62,429 bases of DNA, taken from the IMG/VR virus record IMGVR_UViG_3300023174_000005, positions 1 through 62,429 of that record. One strand, written 5' to 3'. The DNA comes from a virus (taxonomy: Duplodnaviria; Caudoviricetes). Made by a program: the position numbers and the translations under genes. Positions 45,801 to 54,369 of the stretch are shown piece after piece (within the stretch, counting starts at the first letter, position 1; each line of letters starts with the position of its first letter). Below the pieces are notes generated by a model. The model did no database searches, was not told the origin of the DNA, and saw only the letters and a list, made by a program, of their open reading frames with translations.

Positions 45801-46318
45801 ATGCGTGCTTCAGCAGGGGTGATGTGGGCCAACATGGTGTCGCCATTACGACCATAGTTAGCAATAGCCTTGGAGACAGGTTTTAGTTCAGCAATACCGC
45901 CCTTGGCAAACGCTTGCTCACCGCTAGGCGCACCAATCATCTGGTCCACGGCCATGTTCAATGCAGCAAAAAACTGGGGATCAAACTGCTCTGGCAAGAT
46001 TTCGTCAGGCGCGCCCATCTCTTTGTACTTGGCACGAATCTCGGCGTACTGCTCTGGGTTGGCCAAAATCTCATCAACCATGTTGTTGAGCAAATCAAGC
46101 GCCTCTGGAGGCAACTCAATTTGTTCTAACGCAGACCTGAACGCAGCAACTTCTTCAGGGGCCGTCTGTTCCGCACCTGCCAACATCTGGTCGCCAAACT
46201 CCTTTGGCGATACAGTTTGACGCATCTGGTCATAAACTGCCATCGTATTGGGGTCAGCAAAGGGATTTGCGCCTGCTTCTTGGGGCATTTCCATTGCGGC
46301 TTGAGGTGCTGTGGCCAT
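42863..46318 (-). CDS. Internal virion (ejection) protein with hydrophobic segment and repeats
   Basis: GRxGDTxLAHI...INPxTGLPEF; Gly/Ala hydrophobic stretch; C-terminal GPGTxTSDSIPAMLSDGEFV. Confidence 0.7.
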   Translation of the reverse strand: MATAPQAAMEMPQEAGANPFADPNTMAVYDQMRQTVSPKEFGDQMLAGAEQTAPEEVAAFRSALEQIELPPEALDLLNNMVDEILANPEQYAEIRAKYKEMGAPDEILPEQFDPQFFAALNMAVDQMIGAPSGEQAFAKGGIAELKPVSKAIANYGRNGDTMLAHITPAEARMLRRKGGSGTINPKTGLPEFFNLFKEIGNAFKAVGNAVKSFANSTVGRIVTTVALGFFLGPAAAAAMGVGAGTAAGLAISGFVGSAGATLVGGGNLKDALKAGAIGGLTAGAVAGFSGAPLTGATELTAGQAFQGQLDKFSNFISPTASGIQPPSITPSGQTTGLAPTQSPSLITDKVSTFGGREAAMVNNPLGAPPVDASFGNPQIPKVASFGSPVPMANPDFSPVTGAGAGAPGTVSFGSNPAVQFDRSMMPDSFAAPSASATTAATGNTIAPAIQTTAVTPTNPYGTPTLGESLSTTGKGIMQMLPGTEGDFSTGFKQFTQGAGEILSPGPTSGQISERAQALLAADPTGKMTYADALKAANTEGPGFMRSYAPATALGIGAIGAFGGFSPSKVPESSMRKTLMGGPGSAQDLLKKDPSRFYIQGLPGVQYYSGSVMKPPGMATGGEVQHFADGGVSDADVAQWWKDNSNKGYSDVYIADLMDQFQVTPEQFARSIGANAQTAADIASRYQTAAPWTETGTDAGTQWINQVTGETSTSMPQIGGTTTSTVTGPVSIQDIEGGSQVINTATGETGVTNTGRTAADQAIWNYFANNTNLTDAQIVAAMNANKWNINDIARVTGTTANLADFNRRIAAVNAANSTNTNTSTGTGTGTGTGISVSTNTSIIRTTNTNTSSRTSTSTSTSTSTGTGTLTSISAPWFINPQTFAQGTAGVTVPSSTLRPAGLPTDATSRAIQGDLQAAGPSASDATMQQFMDKQGYDPRQVAYAINAGVPEIQNRYYAAKNAGILGATAPTTTVTQPFNNTGGITQLMSPTGPLGEFSTRTATPVTPVLPVTPAAATLPNVSFNRTDIQQRMPNLQMGNAGTPLSVLAGQPSTYGVTGYTDAYSPFANQAPGVKLMNMGGIAGLAQGGYPRKTGQIDGPGTATSDSIPAMLSDGEFVMTAKAVRGAGKGDRRAGAKRMYALMHQLEQNAARG

Positions 46319-46370
46319 GTTAATTCCTTGGGGGAAAATGTTTGTTTGATGTTATCATTTTTAGTGCTGC

Positions 46371-46718
46371 TTAGCCAACTTTCCAATTGACTCCGTCAGA
46401 GTAAACAGGCACTTTAATCGCGCCCGCTCCAACAACAGTCGCACCAAATGTCGGGGCTAAAGCATCCGTAACAAAGGACCTAGCGCCGACACCCGAAGTA
46501 ACCGCACTTGGCAATGTTGCAACCGTGTAATTTGTAGTTGCAGGAATAATTCCAGACACAACCAACTGCGCCAGCAAATTGTCCAGTCGGTTGAAATACA
46601 ACCGCAAGACGTTGTTTAGCTGGTCAATATACTGACGGCTGTACTCTGGCGTTGCCAATGGCAAACTAGGAGCCGCAATTTTGCTAAGCTCCGTTTCAGA
46701 CGTGATGATGTAACTCAT
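46371..46718 (-). CDS. Tail-associated small protein
   Basis: APxLP...LRLYFNxLD then YTVATLPSA...PVYSDGxNW. Confidence 0.65.
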   Translation of the reverse strand: MSYIITSETELSKIAAPSLPLATPEYSRQYIDQLNNVLRLYFNRLDNLLAQLVVSGIIPATTNYTVATLPSAVTSGVGARSFVTDALAPTFGATVVGAGAIKVPVYSDGVNWKVG

Positions 46719-48823
46719 CGTCTACCATCCTGCCTAATATCAATACGCGTTGCACCAAGCTGCCACGTAGTCCCAAGTTGGTTGGAGCCCACTTTTAAAA
46801 TCATCTGGCGACCGCGCACACGGGTATAAACTTGACCCGTAAAGCCTTCAGTGATTACATATTGCGCGCCTGACAACTTATCAACGTTTGCCGCAACAGG
46901 TGTCCCTGTTCCAGAACCGGAGTTCTGCATAGGGTACAAGGTCATCGTAAGCTGCGGCGTGGGGCTCGCATCAGAGCCGGAGAATGTCAAGTCAGGCAAC
47001 ATCCGCCAAACAAAACCAAAGTTGTTGCCATCGCCAATATCAAACTCAGACGAAGAAATATAAGCATCAATTGCAACAGGCGTGCCTGTCTCATTGTTAT
47101 CATTTCCGTATTCTTGATTAACAATATTTCCTGTTGTAGCCGTTAATGGGTTTGCAGCAATAGGGTAATCCCTTAGACCAGAATCCAACCATGCTGTTCG
47201 TGCCATAGTGCCATAGTACCAAGTGTTCTCAAGGTAGTTATAGACCACATACTTATCCACAGTAGTGCTATTGGCAGAACAATAGAACCACCAGATCTCA
47301 TTAAAGCCTTCGTTGGTGCTGCCAAACACTTGCTGGTTTTGACCAAGGTTGATGTCTTGGTAAACGTATTTACGCAAGTCACAATTCAATGTATTAATAC
47401 GGCCATCGTAGGAATAGAACTTGTCCGTTCCCATCCAGTACACCACACCAGACGCTTGGGCCACGGCGTTTTGACCAAGGATCGAGATGTTGTCTCCCAA
47501 CAACTGAACACCCCACACAAAAGGAGGGCCGAGGTATTGCAGTGAATACACGGTGGAGTCGGTCCAAACCACAATTTCCTGACGAGTCTGGATGGCCGTA
47601 ATGATCTCTGTGCCGTGAGACAACCGGATACTTCCTGCCTGATTAGTGGCAGTTGGAGACCAATCCACCACCGACTCCTGATCCGACCAGCGAATTAACA
47701 TGGGGTCTATTGCGTTGGGAGTTGCAGAAAGCGGGTCATTTGTACCAAAACAAAACACAAATCGGCTGACGTCAGATACAAATAAGAAGTTCTGTATCAC
47801 TGGTACAGCCGAAGCCCCGTCCAAAGATGTTACAGGAACAGCATTTGGAAGTATGTAATGCGTGCCTGATTGCGTTCCAGATGTATTAATTGCTGCTCCG
47901 CCGGGTGTCAAAGACAGATTAAATGTTGTACCGCCGGTGCCTTTGACATAGTACGTAGTTCCCACACTTAAGCCTGTAGGCAAGGCAGAAGGGTAGCCCG
48001 TGTTAGTCAAAATAACAGGGGTTTTATCTAAAAGACTTACGGTGGATGTTACAACGGCAGGGGAAGCAATTGTCACGGTGAAAGATGCGGGGGCCAAGCC
48101 AAACGAAGCATCCCAATAGTACAAAGGACCACCGCGAAAACCAAGAATCAAATCTTCACCAAAGTTGCTCTGGCTCCATAAGCGAAGAGCAGCGGTAGAT
48201 GTACCACCAAAGCCCCAACTGCCCACGTTCCACGCGCCTGCGCCCCAGCCTGTCAATGGGACTTCTGCGGTCAAGCCCGTGTTAATTTCATAAACGGCTT
48301 GGACCGTGGTCCCTCCGCCTGCTGCAACGGTTGAAGTAGCTGCTGCGGCTGCTGTGATGGTGTAAGAATTACCATCAATTAGTGTAATTTGATACTCGTT
48401 ATTGAGGTCTAGACCACCCACCGTAGCCACATTACTAAACGTGACAAAGTCGCCATTGACTGCGCCATGCGCGGCATGTGTAACAGTTACCGTTGTGCTT
48501 AAGTTGGTTGTCTTAAACGGGTTGCTAAGTACTGCAGCAGACCGAATAGGGGTGATGTCGTAGTACTGCCCACCATTTTCAAGGTAAAACTTTAAGTTTG
48601 TGCCAACGCCCAGCAAATTAAGATTGGCAAGTGTGATCCAGTTCCACAGTGAACGGCAAGTACCTAAGAAGCTAGACACAGAAATACGCGCCCAGCCACC
48701 AATCTTCTCAGGAGTGCCTTGGCGAAAACGTACTTTGTCGGACTGATACCACCCGCCCTCGTTTGTGTAACGAGTATTTTCACGGTTGACGCCCGGCTTT
48801 AGAAGAATCTTTTGTAATGGCAT
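46715..48823 (-). CDS. Tail nozzle / DNA stabilization protein (P22 gp10-like), putative
   Basis: 702 aa; KPG...DKVRF...PEKIGGW, IRWSDQE, RxRGRQ; precedes ejection genes. Confidence 0.72.
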   Translation of the reverse strand: MPLQKILLKPGVNRENTRYTNEGGWYQSDKVRFRQGTPEKIGGWARISVSSFLGTCRSLWNWITLANLNLLGVGTNLKFYLENGGQYYDITPIRSAAVLSNPFKTTNLSTTVTVTHAAHGAVNGDFVTFSNVATVGGLDLNNEYQITLIDGNSYTITAAAAATSTVAAGGGTTVQAVYEINTGLTAEVPLTGWGAGAWNVGSWGFGGTSTAALRLWSQSNFGEDLILGFRGGPLYYWDASFGLAPASFTVTIASPAVVTSTVSLLDKTPVILTNTGYPSALPTGLSVGTTYYVKGTGGTTFNLSLTPGGAAINTSGTQSGTHYILPNAVPVTSLDGASAVPVIQNFLFVSDVSRFVFCFGTNDPLSATPNAIDPMLIRWSDQESVVDWSPTATNQAGSIRLSHGTEIITAIQTRQEIVVWTDSTVYSLQYLGPPFVWGVQLLGDNISILGQNAVAQASGVVYWMGTDKFYSYDGRINTLNCDLRKYVYQDINLGQNQQVFGSTNEGFNEIWWFYCSANSTTVDKYVVYNYLENTWYYGTMARTAWLDSGLRDYPIAANPLTATTGNIVNQEYGNDNNETGTPVAIDAYISSSEFDIGDGNNFGFVWRMLPDLTFSGSDASPTPQLTMTLYPMQNSGSGTGTPVAANVDKLSGAQYVITEGFTGQVYTRVRGRQMILKVGSNQLGTTWQLGATRIDIRQDGRR

Positions 48824-48826
48824 CGG

Positions 48827-49270
48827 TCAATCCAGTAGAGCGCACTCAGCGGTGCGCCGTTTAAGCAAGCCCGGCAATACCTTGCCGCCACCTTTAGTCC
48901 AGAGCATCAGTTGTTCCTTTGCCCCTTCCCAATCGTTGGCATTGATTTTCCTCTTTAACGTGGAAGTCTGCAAGCGTCCAACGCCTAAGTTATAACAAAA
49001 ATCCACAATAGCATTGCACTTACGAACGTCTGTAATCAGGCCCGGGCAGTTACGTAAAACACCGGGCAAGTACGTATGCTCAAGCTCAATCATCAAAAGC
49101 GCCCGAGCCGTGGGTTCATCCATCGGTGCGTCTTCTAAAGTCACCTTGCGTTTGTCTGCGTAGTAGGTAGATCCGTAGCCAATCGTAGCCACACCAGCCG
49201 GACAAAGGTAGGGCTTGGCCCGATACCCTTCATACCGGCGGCACAGACTGGCGGCTAGTTCTAGGTTCAT
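48827..49270 (-). CDS. Endolysin, GH24 lysozyme
   Basis: EG...PYLCPAGVATIGYGST, FxYNLG, LPGLxKRR. Confidence 0.93.
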   Translation of the reverse strand: MNLELAASLCRRYEGYRAKPYLCPAGVATIGYGSTYYADKRKVTLEDAPMDEPTARALLMIELEHTYLPGVLRNCPGLITDVRKCNAIVDFCYNLGVGRLQTSTLKRKINANDWEGAKEQLMLWTKGGGKVLPGLLKRRTAECALLD

Positions 49271-49356
49271 ATACCACGCTTAAGTTTGTAAACAAGCCAA
49301 TTGATAAACATTTGAATTGTTACGCCCAACATAATTAAGCTAAAGACACGAATCAT
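49267..49356 (-). CDS. 29-aa hydrophobic peptide (MIRVFSLIMLGVTIQMFINWLVYKLKRGI); not in the ORF track
   Basis: Hand-translated; ATGA overlaps at both ends. Confidence 0.5.
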   Translation of the reverse strand: MIRVFSLIMLGVTIQMFINWLVYKLKRGI

Positions 49357-49547
49357 GCTTGTCCCCTTGCTCGGATTTGCCATGCTAATTCATCGCCAGC
49401 CTCTTCAACGCTATCCTCACACACCTTTGCACACGCCTCACGTTCATGCTCTGCTACTAGCTTGGCAAAGTCATCTAATTCAACACAAATATTAAATGAC
49501 TCCATACCCGCTTCTTTTGCCATGCGAACAATATCTTCTCTAGTCAT
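49353..49547 (-). CDS. Small hypothetical protein (start MTRED)
   Basis: MTREDIxRMAxEAG...EREACAKVC...IRARG pattern; ATGA overlap. Confidence 0.7.
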   Translation of the reverse strand: MTREDIVRMAKEAGMESFNICVELDDFAKLVAEHEREACAKVCEDSVEEAGDELAWQIRARGQA

Positions 49548-50044
49548 ACGTGCTTCCATGTGCTTCTGCGTCGTATGTCAGAAACCGTTGTTTGGGGTAG
49601 ATTGTATTTAGCCATCAATTTAGAAAGAGTAAGCGTTTCTGCGCGAACAGCCCTGACTACATCTTCTGTGACTTTTGCTCGCGGATTGTTTTCACCCTTG
49701 CGATCATTAAACCGCCCCTTTGCCGCGCAATCTTGCATATTTGTTTTAGGGTTGCCTACAAACAAGTGGGTTGGGTTTACGCACTTTCGGTTGTCACAGG
49801 TGTGGCAAAGATGTTGGCCAGACCCCAATAGCGGGCCATTAGTAAACTCCCAAGCCATGCGGTGCGCTCTTTGCATGATGTAACGCCCCGTGCCGTCATT
49901 CCTAGGCACTCCAAAGTTACCGTAACCCCGCGTGTCTAATGACGCTTGCCACTCCCAACAGTCGTCTGGATCGCGCTTGTCAACCTTTGACCAGAAGCGC
50001 TCCTCCATAGTTCCACGTACATAATTGAATGCTTTTCCCATCAC
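49544..50044 (-). CDS. HNH homing endonuclease
   Basis: RFWSKV, CWEW, AHRxAW, HTCDNRKCVNPxHL, N..D; C-terminal HTH. Confidence 0.92.
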   Translation of the reverse strand: MMGKAFNYVRGTMEERFWSKVDKRDPDDCWEWQASLDTRGYGNFGVPRNDGTGRYIMQRAHRMAWEFTNGPLLGSGQHLCHTCDNRKCVNPTHLFVGNPKTNMQDCAAKGRFNDRKGENNPRAKVTEDVVRAVRAETLTLSKLMAKYNLPQTTVSDIRRRSTWKHV

Positions 50045-50535
50045 AGTCCTCGTTTAGCTAAAGACCTGTCGATCATCCAATAATTTATAACACCTGTCAA
50101 GAGGGCCATGTCATCTGTTCCCCAAGATTTAGAAAGAACTTCAGTCAGCGCTTGACCGTGGTAGTAAGCCAAAACCATTGCCGCAGTCTTAGCGGCCCCG
50201 TACATTACCAATAAATAGTAAGTCATTACAGGGCGAACCGATGCCGACAGACTAGCCGCCCAACCCCCAGCCGCCTTGACCATTTCAGCTTGCTGATTGA
50301 TTGCCGCATTGAACGCATCCATCACACCCACATCCACAGCCGCCTCACGTTGCGCCCCTATTTCAGCTAACTTTTGTTGACCACGTAGCGTTTCCAACTC
50401 GCACTGCCGAGCAAACATATTTAACTCGTGTAAACGCTCATTCTTCTTATCAAAATATTTCAAGACTTCAGGGGCAAGGCGAAACACGCCGCCAAGCACT
50501 GAACCTATAACACCCCCGCCAAGCAATTCAAACAT
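50041..50535 (-). CDS. Holin-like membrane protein
   Basis: N-terminal Gly-rich helix, SVRP, TM segments, W..DRS..K end; upstream of lysozyme. Confidence 0.65.
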   Translation of the reverse strand: MFELLGGGVIGSVLGGVFRLAPEVLKYFDKKNERLHELNMFARQCELETLRGQQKLAEIGAQREAAVDVGVMDAFNAAINQQAEMVKAAGGWAASLSASVRPVMTYYLLVMYGAAKTAAMVLAYYHGQALTEVLSKSWGTDDMALLTGVINYWMIDRSLAKRGL

Positions 50536-50537
50536 AG

Positions 50538-50822
50538 TTAATCCTTACAAGATTTAGATTTCTCATCATTTTGCATGAGTTTGATACCAGACAGGAATCC
50601 AATCATGCCGCCTATAAGAGTAGAAAAAGCGGGTGAAATCATCTTGAAAATTTCTGCGTTGTCCACTTCCTTTGCCCACAGACCCAACATAAAGCTGATT
50701 ACCATTGCCAATACGGAGATACATAGGGTTGTGCTTACCATGAGCGTGACGTACAGCGTCAGCTTGTCCCTCGTGTCCGGTGTGGGCTTGGAGGGAGTTT
50801 TGGGTATCGGCTTTCTGGTCAT
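50538..50822 (-). CDS. Two-TM membrane protein
   Basis: Two hydrophobic helices; PAFxTxxGGxIG. Confidence 0.7.
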   Translation of the reverse strand: MTRKPIPKTPSKPTPDTRDKLTLYVTLMVSTTLCISVLAMVISFMLGLWAKEVDNAEIFKMISPAFSTLIGGMIGFLSGIKLMQNDEKSKSCKD

Positions 50823-51058
50823 ACAAGTTTGTCAATCTCGCGTTTAAGGTTTGTGATGTCAATGTTTACCGTTATCTGCCGCATCCTGTATTCGTAAATC
50901 TCATACTCGTACTGGTGAAACTTCTTCACCTGTTGGTCAATCTGCACCTGTAAAGCCCGTTCAGCGTCTAGCCTTTCTACCCGCTTGGCAAACACTTCTG
51001 CTTGCACATTGACTTGGGGCTGGACAATCGGATACCACTTGTCGTAGCTGATCTTCAT
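50819..51058 (-). CDS. Hypothetical protein
   Basis: ATGA-coupled on both sides. Confidence 0.6.
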   Translation of the reverse strand: MKISYDKWYPIVQPQVNVQAEVFAKRVERLDAERALQVQIDQQVKKFHQYEYEIYEYRMRQITVNIDITNLKREIDKLV

Positions 51059-51342
51059 TTCTTCTCTCGCTCAAGTGCATCTTTGTATCCATGAATGACT
51101 TTAGTTCTGAGTTCTGCTGAATCCGCCGCGCCAGCCCACTCTGACAAGTTGTTCCACATCACCACATAATCTTGAGATCGACAGTGCTGTGCATTGTTTG
51201 TCAGCCACATTGACATCTGCTGATGGCGTTCTGAAGGGTTGTGGATTGTCCAAGCAATTGACCAGAACTCGCGCACATGACAGCCATTCTTGGCTACGGC
51301 TCCAACTAGCCCCAACAGCAGTAACAGAATGAGCCAACGCAT
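51055..51342 (-). CDS. Secreted/membrane-anchored small protein
   Basis: Signal-peptide-like MRWLILLLLLGLVGAVA. Confidence 0.65.
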   Translation of the reverse strand: MRWLILLLLLGLVGAVAKNGCHVREFWSIAWTIHNPSERHQQMSMWLTNNAQHCRSQDYVVMWNNLSEWAGAADSAELRTKVIHGYKDALEREKK

Positions 51343-51345
51343 TTA

Positions 51346-51438
51346 TCACACCAAACTCCATGCAATCATGTACGTGCCAAAGATTATGAAGGCCACTATA
51401 CAGGCCGCCGCAATGAATGCTTCAGCCCAGTCCCACAT
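51346..51438 (-). CDS. 30-aa membrane peptide (MWDWAEAFIAAACIVAFIIFGTYMIAWSLV); not in the ORF track
   Basis: Hand-translated; fills the gap exactly; one TM helix. Confidence 0.55.
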   Translation of the reverse strand: MWDWAEAFIAAACIVAFIIFGTYMIAWSLV

Positions 51439-51440
51439 GA

Positions 51441-51893
51441 TTAGATAGTCCGGTCAACCCAGTTAGGGTCGTGAGGCCAGTCAGAGAATGTACGAGTATC
51501 ACCAGTGATTGTGGCTGGCAAGTTACGCAATGCTGTTCTGTATGTTGCCCATGCAGTCTTATCTGCGGTGCTGTCGGCAATCTGCGTCCAGTCACAAGCG
51601 GCAAGCAAGCTGTTACGCTGACCACGAATCTGAGCCATTGCGCTATCTTTGGCAGACTGAATTTCTTCTGCGGTCAGTTCAGCTACGGCAACTTTGTACA
51701 CCCAACCGTTTTCCAATACGGGGTCGCAAGGCACAAGCTTCTGTGTCAGGCGGTCATGATTGCGGTACAGGTTAACTTTAACAAAACCTTGAGCGGCTAA
51801 CTGCTCGTCTGTGACGGAATCCGTCATACCAAAATACGTGCGGAAGTCGATAATTTCGCCAACCTGTCCGTTTTCTACTTTTGCAATAAACAT
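51441..51893 (-). CDS. Tail fibre assembly chaperone-like protein
   Basis: RxxRNxLLxxCDWTQ..D...WATYRxALRxLP...WP. Confidence 0.82.
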   Translation of the reverse strand: MFIAKVENGQVGEIIDFRTYFGMTDSVTDEQLAAQGFVKVNLYRNHDRLTQKLVPCDPVLENGWVYKVAVAELTAEEIQSAKDSAMAQIRGQRNSLLAACDWTQIADSTADKTAWATYRTALRNLPATITGDTRTFSDWPHDPNWVDRTI

Positions 51894-51902
51894 GAATACT
51901 CC

Positions 51903-53990
51903 TTATGGGCCAATGTTAGAGAATGCCGCAGTTGGCGGTGTGAAGGTTGCCGTGTATCGGGCAAAGCCTTTGGTGATGCGTAGGTCATCTATGTAGCCTG
52001 TCCAAGAAGCGTCTGAAGCACCCGCAAAATCTGAAGCAATTGTAATAACTCTAGTTGAGTTGTAAATAGCGGTTGATGATGTGTTAGTAGCAACAAGAAC
52101 ACCATTTATAAACAAATAAAATGATGAGCCATTTCTTGTAGCCGCTATATGTGTCCAAGTATTAAATGAGATTTGAGAAGACGATGTGTAAAACCCGCCA
52201 GTTCCGTAACTTCCATTTGCCGTAAAATAAAAACCAAGATACCTGCTTGTATCAACAAAGAATAACCATCCACCACTACCATCACTATTTCGTGCATTAC
52301 CAATAATAAAATTACTTGAGTTACTTGCTGTTAAGTATGCCCAACATTCAATAGTAAAATTACCAGAACCAAATTGAAGCAAATCTGTGTAGGGTGTTAC
52401 TAAATAATCACCAGTGCCATCAAACGCCAAAGACCCCGTTCCATACTTCTTAACACTTGTAGAAATCTGTGCGTTACCCACAGTTTCTAAGTTGTTCATC
52501 ATGGCGTTGTCAAAGATTGCACCATTGGTGTAGTTGGTCAATAGTTGAGTGTTTGTAATTGCGGTAAGTGGCGCAGTAGGTGGCGTAAATGCAGATGTGT
52601 AAACAGCAGTTCCGTTGTTTATCCTCATATCGCATAGATAGCCCTGAAAATTAGCAATATTACCATTACCAATGAACCAGTCTGTTGCACCTGCTGTATA
52701 TACAGTTGGGTCAGCATTTGTTGCTTTTAATACTCCATCAAAATAAACATAAGTTGTTCCGCTTGAACGAACAAATGCAACATGATGCCAAGCATTATCT
52801 AAGATTGATGTTGCGTTAACAGTAAATAAAGCAGTTACGTTATAAGAGTTATTCCAACCTAAATTTCCACCAGAGAGTAAAATTGCCCACCCATTTCCAG
52901 TACCAGTTGGATTTATAATGTTTTGACCAGATTTAGTTGTGTTCCACCAAAATTCAACTGTAAAATTATTTGAGCCAAAATTAAAGGCAGATGTTGACGG
53001 GATAGTCAAATAATCCCCACTACCATCAAAGTACCCTGACCCACCAATCACGCTTGTGGAGTAGGCGGTAGAAGTACCAAATGGGTTGAAGCGTTGAACG
53101 CTTGGTGTGCCATTTAATGTAATGACATAGTTGTTTGTGCTGTTATCAACAAATCGGTTACTTTGGCAAGTTAAAAGAGTTGTGCCAGATACTGCTGTTA
53201 AAGGTGTAGTGCTTGGCGTAAATGTGCCGCTATACAAAGCACTTGTAACTTCTCGTAAATTAGAAATGTAACCAACAAAATAATTTCCAGCAGTTGCATT
53301 CCTAGCAATGGTTCTTATTGTTGATGTGAAATTGTTAGAGTAGCTTGCTGATGAACCAGAGGCAACACCATTGATGTAAATTTGACAAGTTCCTGATGTT
53401 CTAACAACCGCAAAATGAGTCCAAGTATTTGCTGTAAATGCACTTGCCGCAGTTGATATTTTTAAACCATTTCCATAAATTTCAATTGTTTGACCATATT
53501 GAAAAATACCAAATCCTGTATCTGTATTAGCCGCAGAACGTCCGTCGTAAAGCGCATAATATGTTGCCGATGTGTCTGGCGTATTAAACCAAAATTCAAC
53601 TGTTACATTGCCTGTACCTAAAGCAGTTGCAGTTGCTAATGATAAATAATCAGAACCGCCACTAGCAAAGTAATTAGACCAATTAGACCCATAAGGCGAG
53701 AAAGAACCTTGGGTTGTATTGCCGTTACGGGTAATGGTGAAGTTGTTTGTACTGCTGTCTAAAAATGTATTGTTCTGTGCGCCATTAGTCCCATCGCCGT
53801 GTAAGAGCATGGTGACGTAGTTAAACTGCGGGTCGGGCTGTACGCTACCCGCAATAGGCCATTGGTTTAATTTTCTCCAGTAAGCTTGTTGGTCAAGCGT
53901 CCAGATACCCGAAGCCGTACTTGTCTCGTATGGGCCAGAAGGCGTGACTGGGGTCTTGCTGATAATACCGCCCGGATACTGCTTAGACAT
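51903..53990 (-). CDS. Tail fibre / receptor-binding protein with three LamG (ConA-like) domains
   Basis: Three repeats of FTxExW...WxHxAxxR...YxxG...GYIxxLRI. Confidence 0.85.
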   Translation of the reverse strand: MSKQYPGGIISKTPVTPSGPYETSTASGIWTLDQQAYWRKLNQWPIAGSVQPDPQFNYVTMLLHGDGTNGAQNNTFLDSSTNNFTITRNGNTTQGSFSPYGSNWSNYFASGGSDYLSLATATALGTGNVTVEFWFNTPDTSATYYALYDGRSAANTDTGFGIFQYGQTIEIYGNGLKISTAASAFTANTWTHFAVVRTSGTCQIYINGVASGSSASYSNNFTSTIRTIARNATAGNYFVGYISNLREVTSALYSGTFTPSTTPLTAVSGTTLLTCQSNRFVDNSTNNYVITLNGTPSVQRFNPFGTSTAYSTSVIGGSGYFDGSGDYLTIPSTSAFNFGSNNFTVEFWWNTTKSGQNIINPTGTGNGWAILLSGGNLGWNNSYNVTALFTVNATSILDNAWHHVAFVRSSGTTYVYFDGVLKATNADPTVYTAGATDWFIGNGNIANFQGYLCDMRINNGTAVYTSAFTPPTAPLTAITNTQLLTNYTNGAIFDNAMMNNLETVGNAQISTSVKKYGTGSLAFDGTGDYLVTPYTDLLQFGSGNFTIECWAYLTASNSSNFIIGNARNSDGSGGWLFFVDTSRYLGFYFTANGSYGTGGFYTSSSQISFNTWTHIAATRNGSSFYLFINGVLVATNTSSTAIYNSTRVITIASDFAGASDASWTGYIDDLRITKGFARYTATFTPPTAAFSNIGP

Positions 53991-54360
53991 TTGTTACCTC
54001 AATCCAAGATGTTGTTGGTTCGTCCCAGCGGTAAAATTTACCCGCCTCAGTTGGCATTGGTGTAGGAGCATTCCACAAGCAAGTTGTTTCGTTTAATGTC
54101 CAAGATGGGTATGGCTTGGGCGCAATAAAAGCATCGCGTCCAGCATCGTATGTGTAGCCAATACCAGCATAGTTCTTACGCAATGGTGTACCGCCATTTG
54201 CATGAACGCCACCATAGGTGTTGTAGCTGGTGCGCTTGCAGGTCTGACCACGGAATTCGCCGTACCATTGCTCCCAATCAATACCGCCTTCGCCCTCGTC
54301 TTTGCCAACAATGACTTCAGTAACGATGTTGTTTATATCTAAAAATGCGTAATGTGCCAT
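53983..54360 (-). CDS. Conserved fibre-associated small protein
   Basis: MAHYA...TSYN...RKNYAGIGYTYD...DAFIxPKPYPSW. Confidence 0.75.
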   Translation of the reverse strand: MAHYAFLDINNIVTEVIVGKDEGEGGIDWEQWYGEFRGQTCKRTSYNTYGGVHANGGTPLRKNYAGIGYTYDAGRDAFIAPKPYPSWTLNETTCLWNAPTPMPTEAGKFYRWDEPTTSWIEVTNV

Positions 54361-54369
54361 GTTTGTTCC

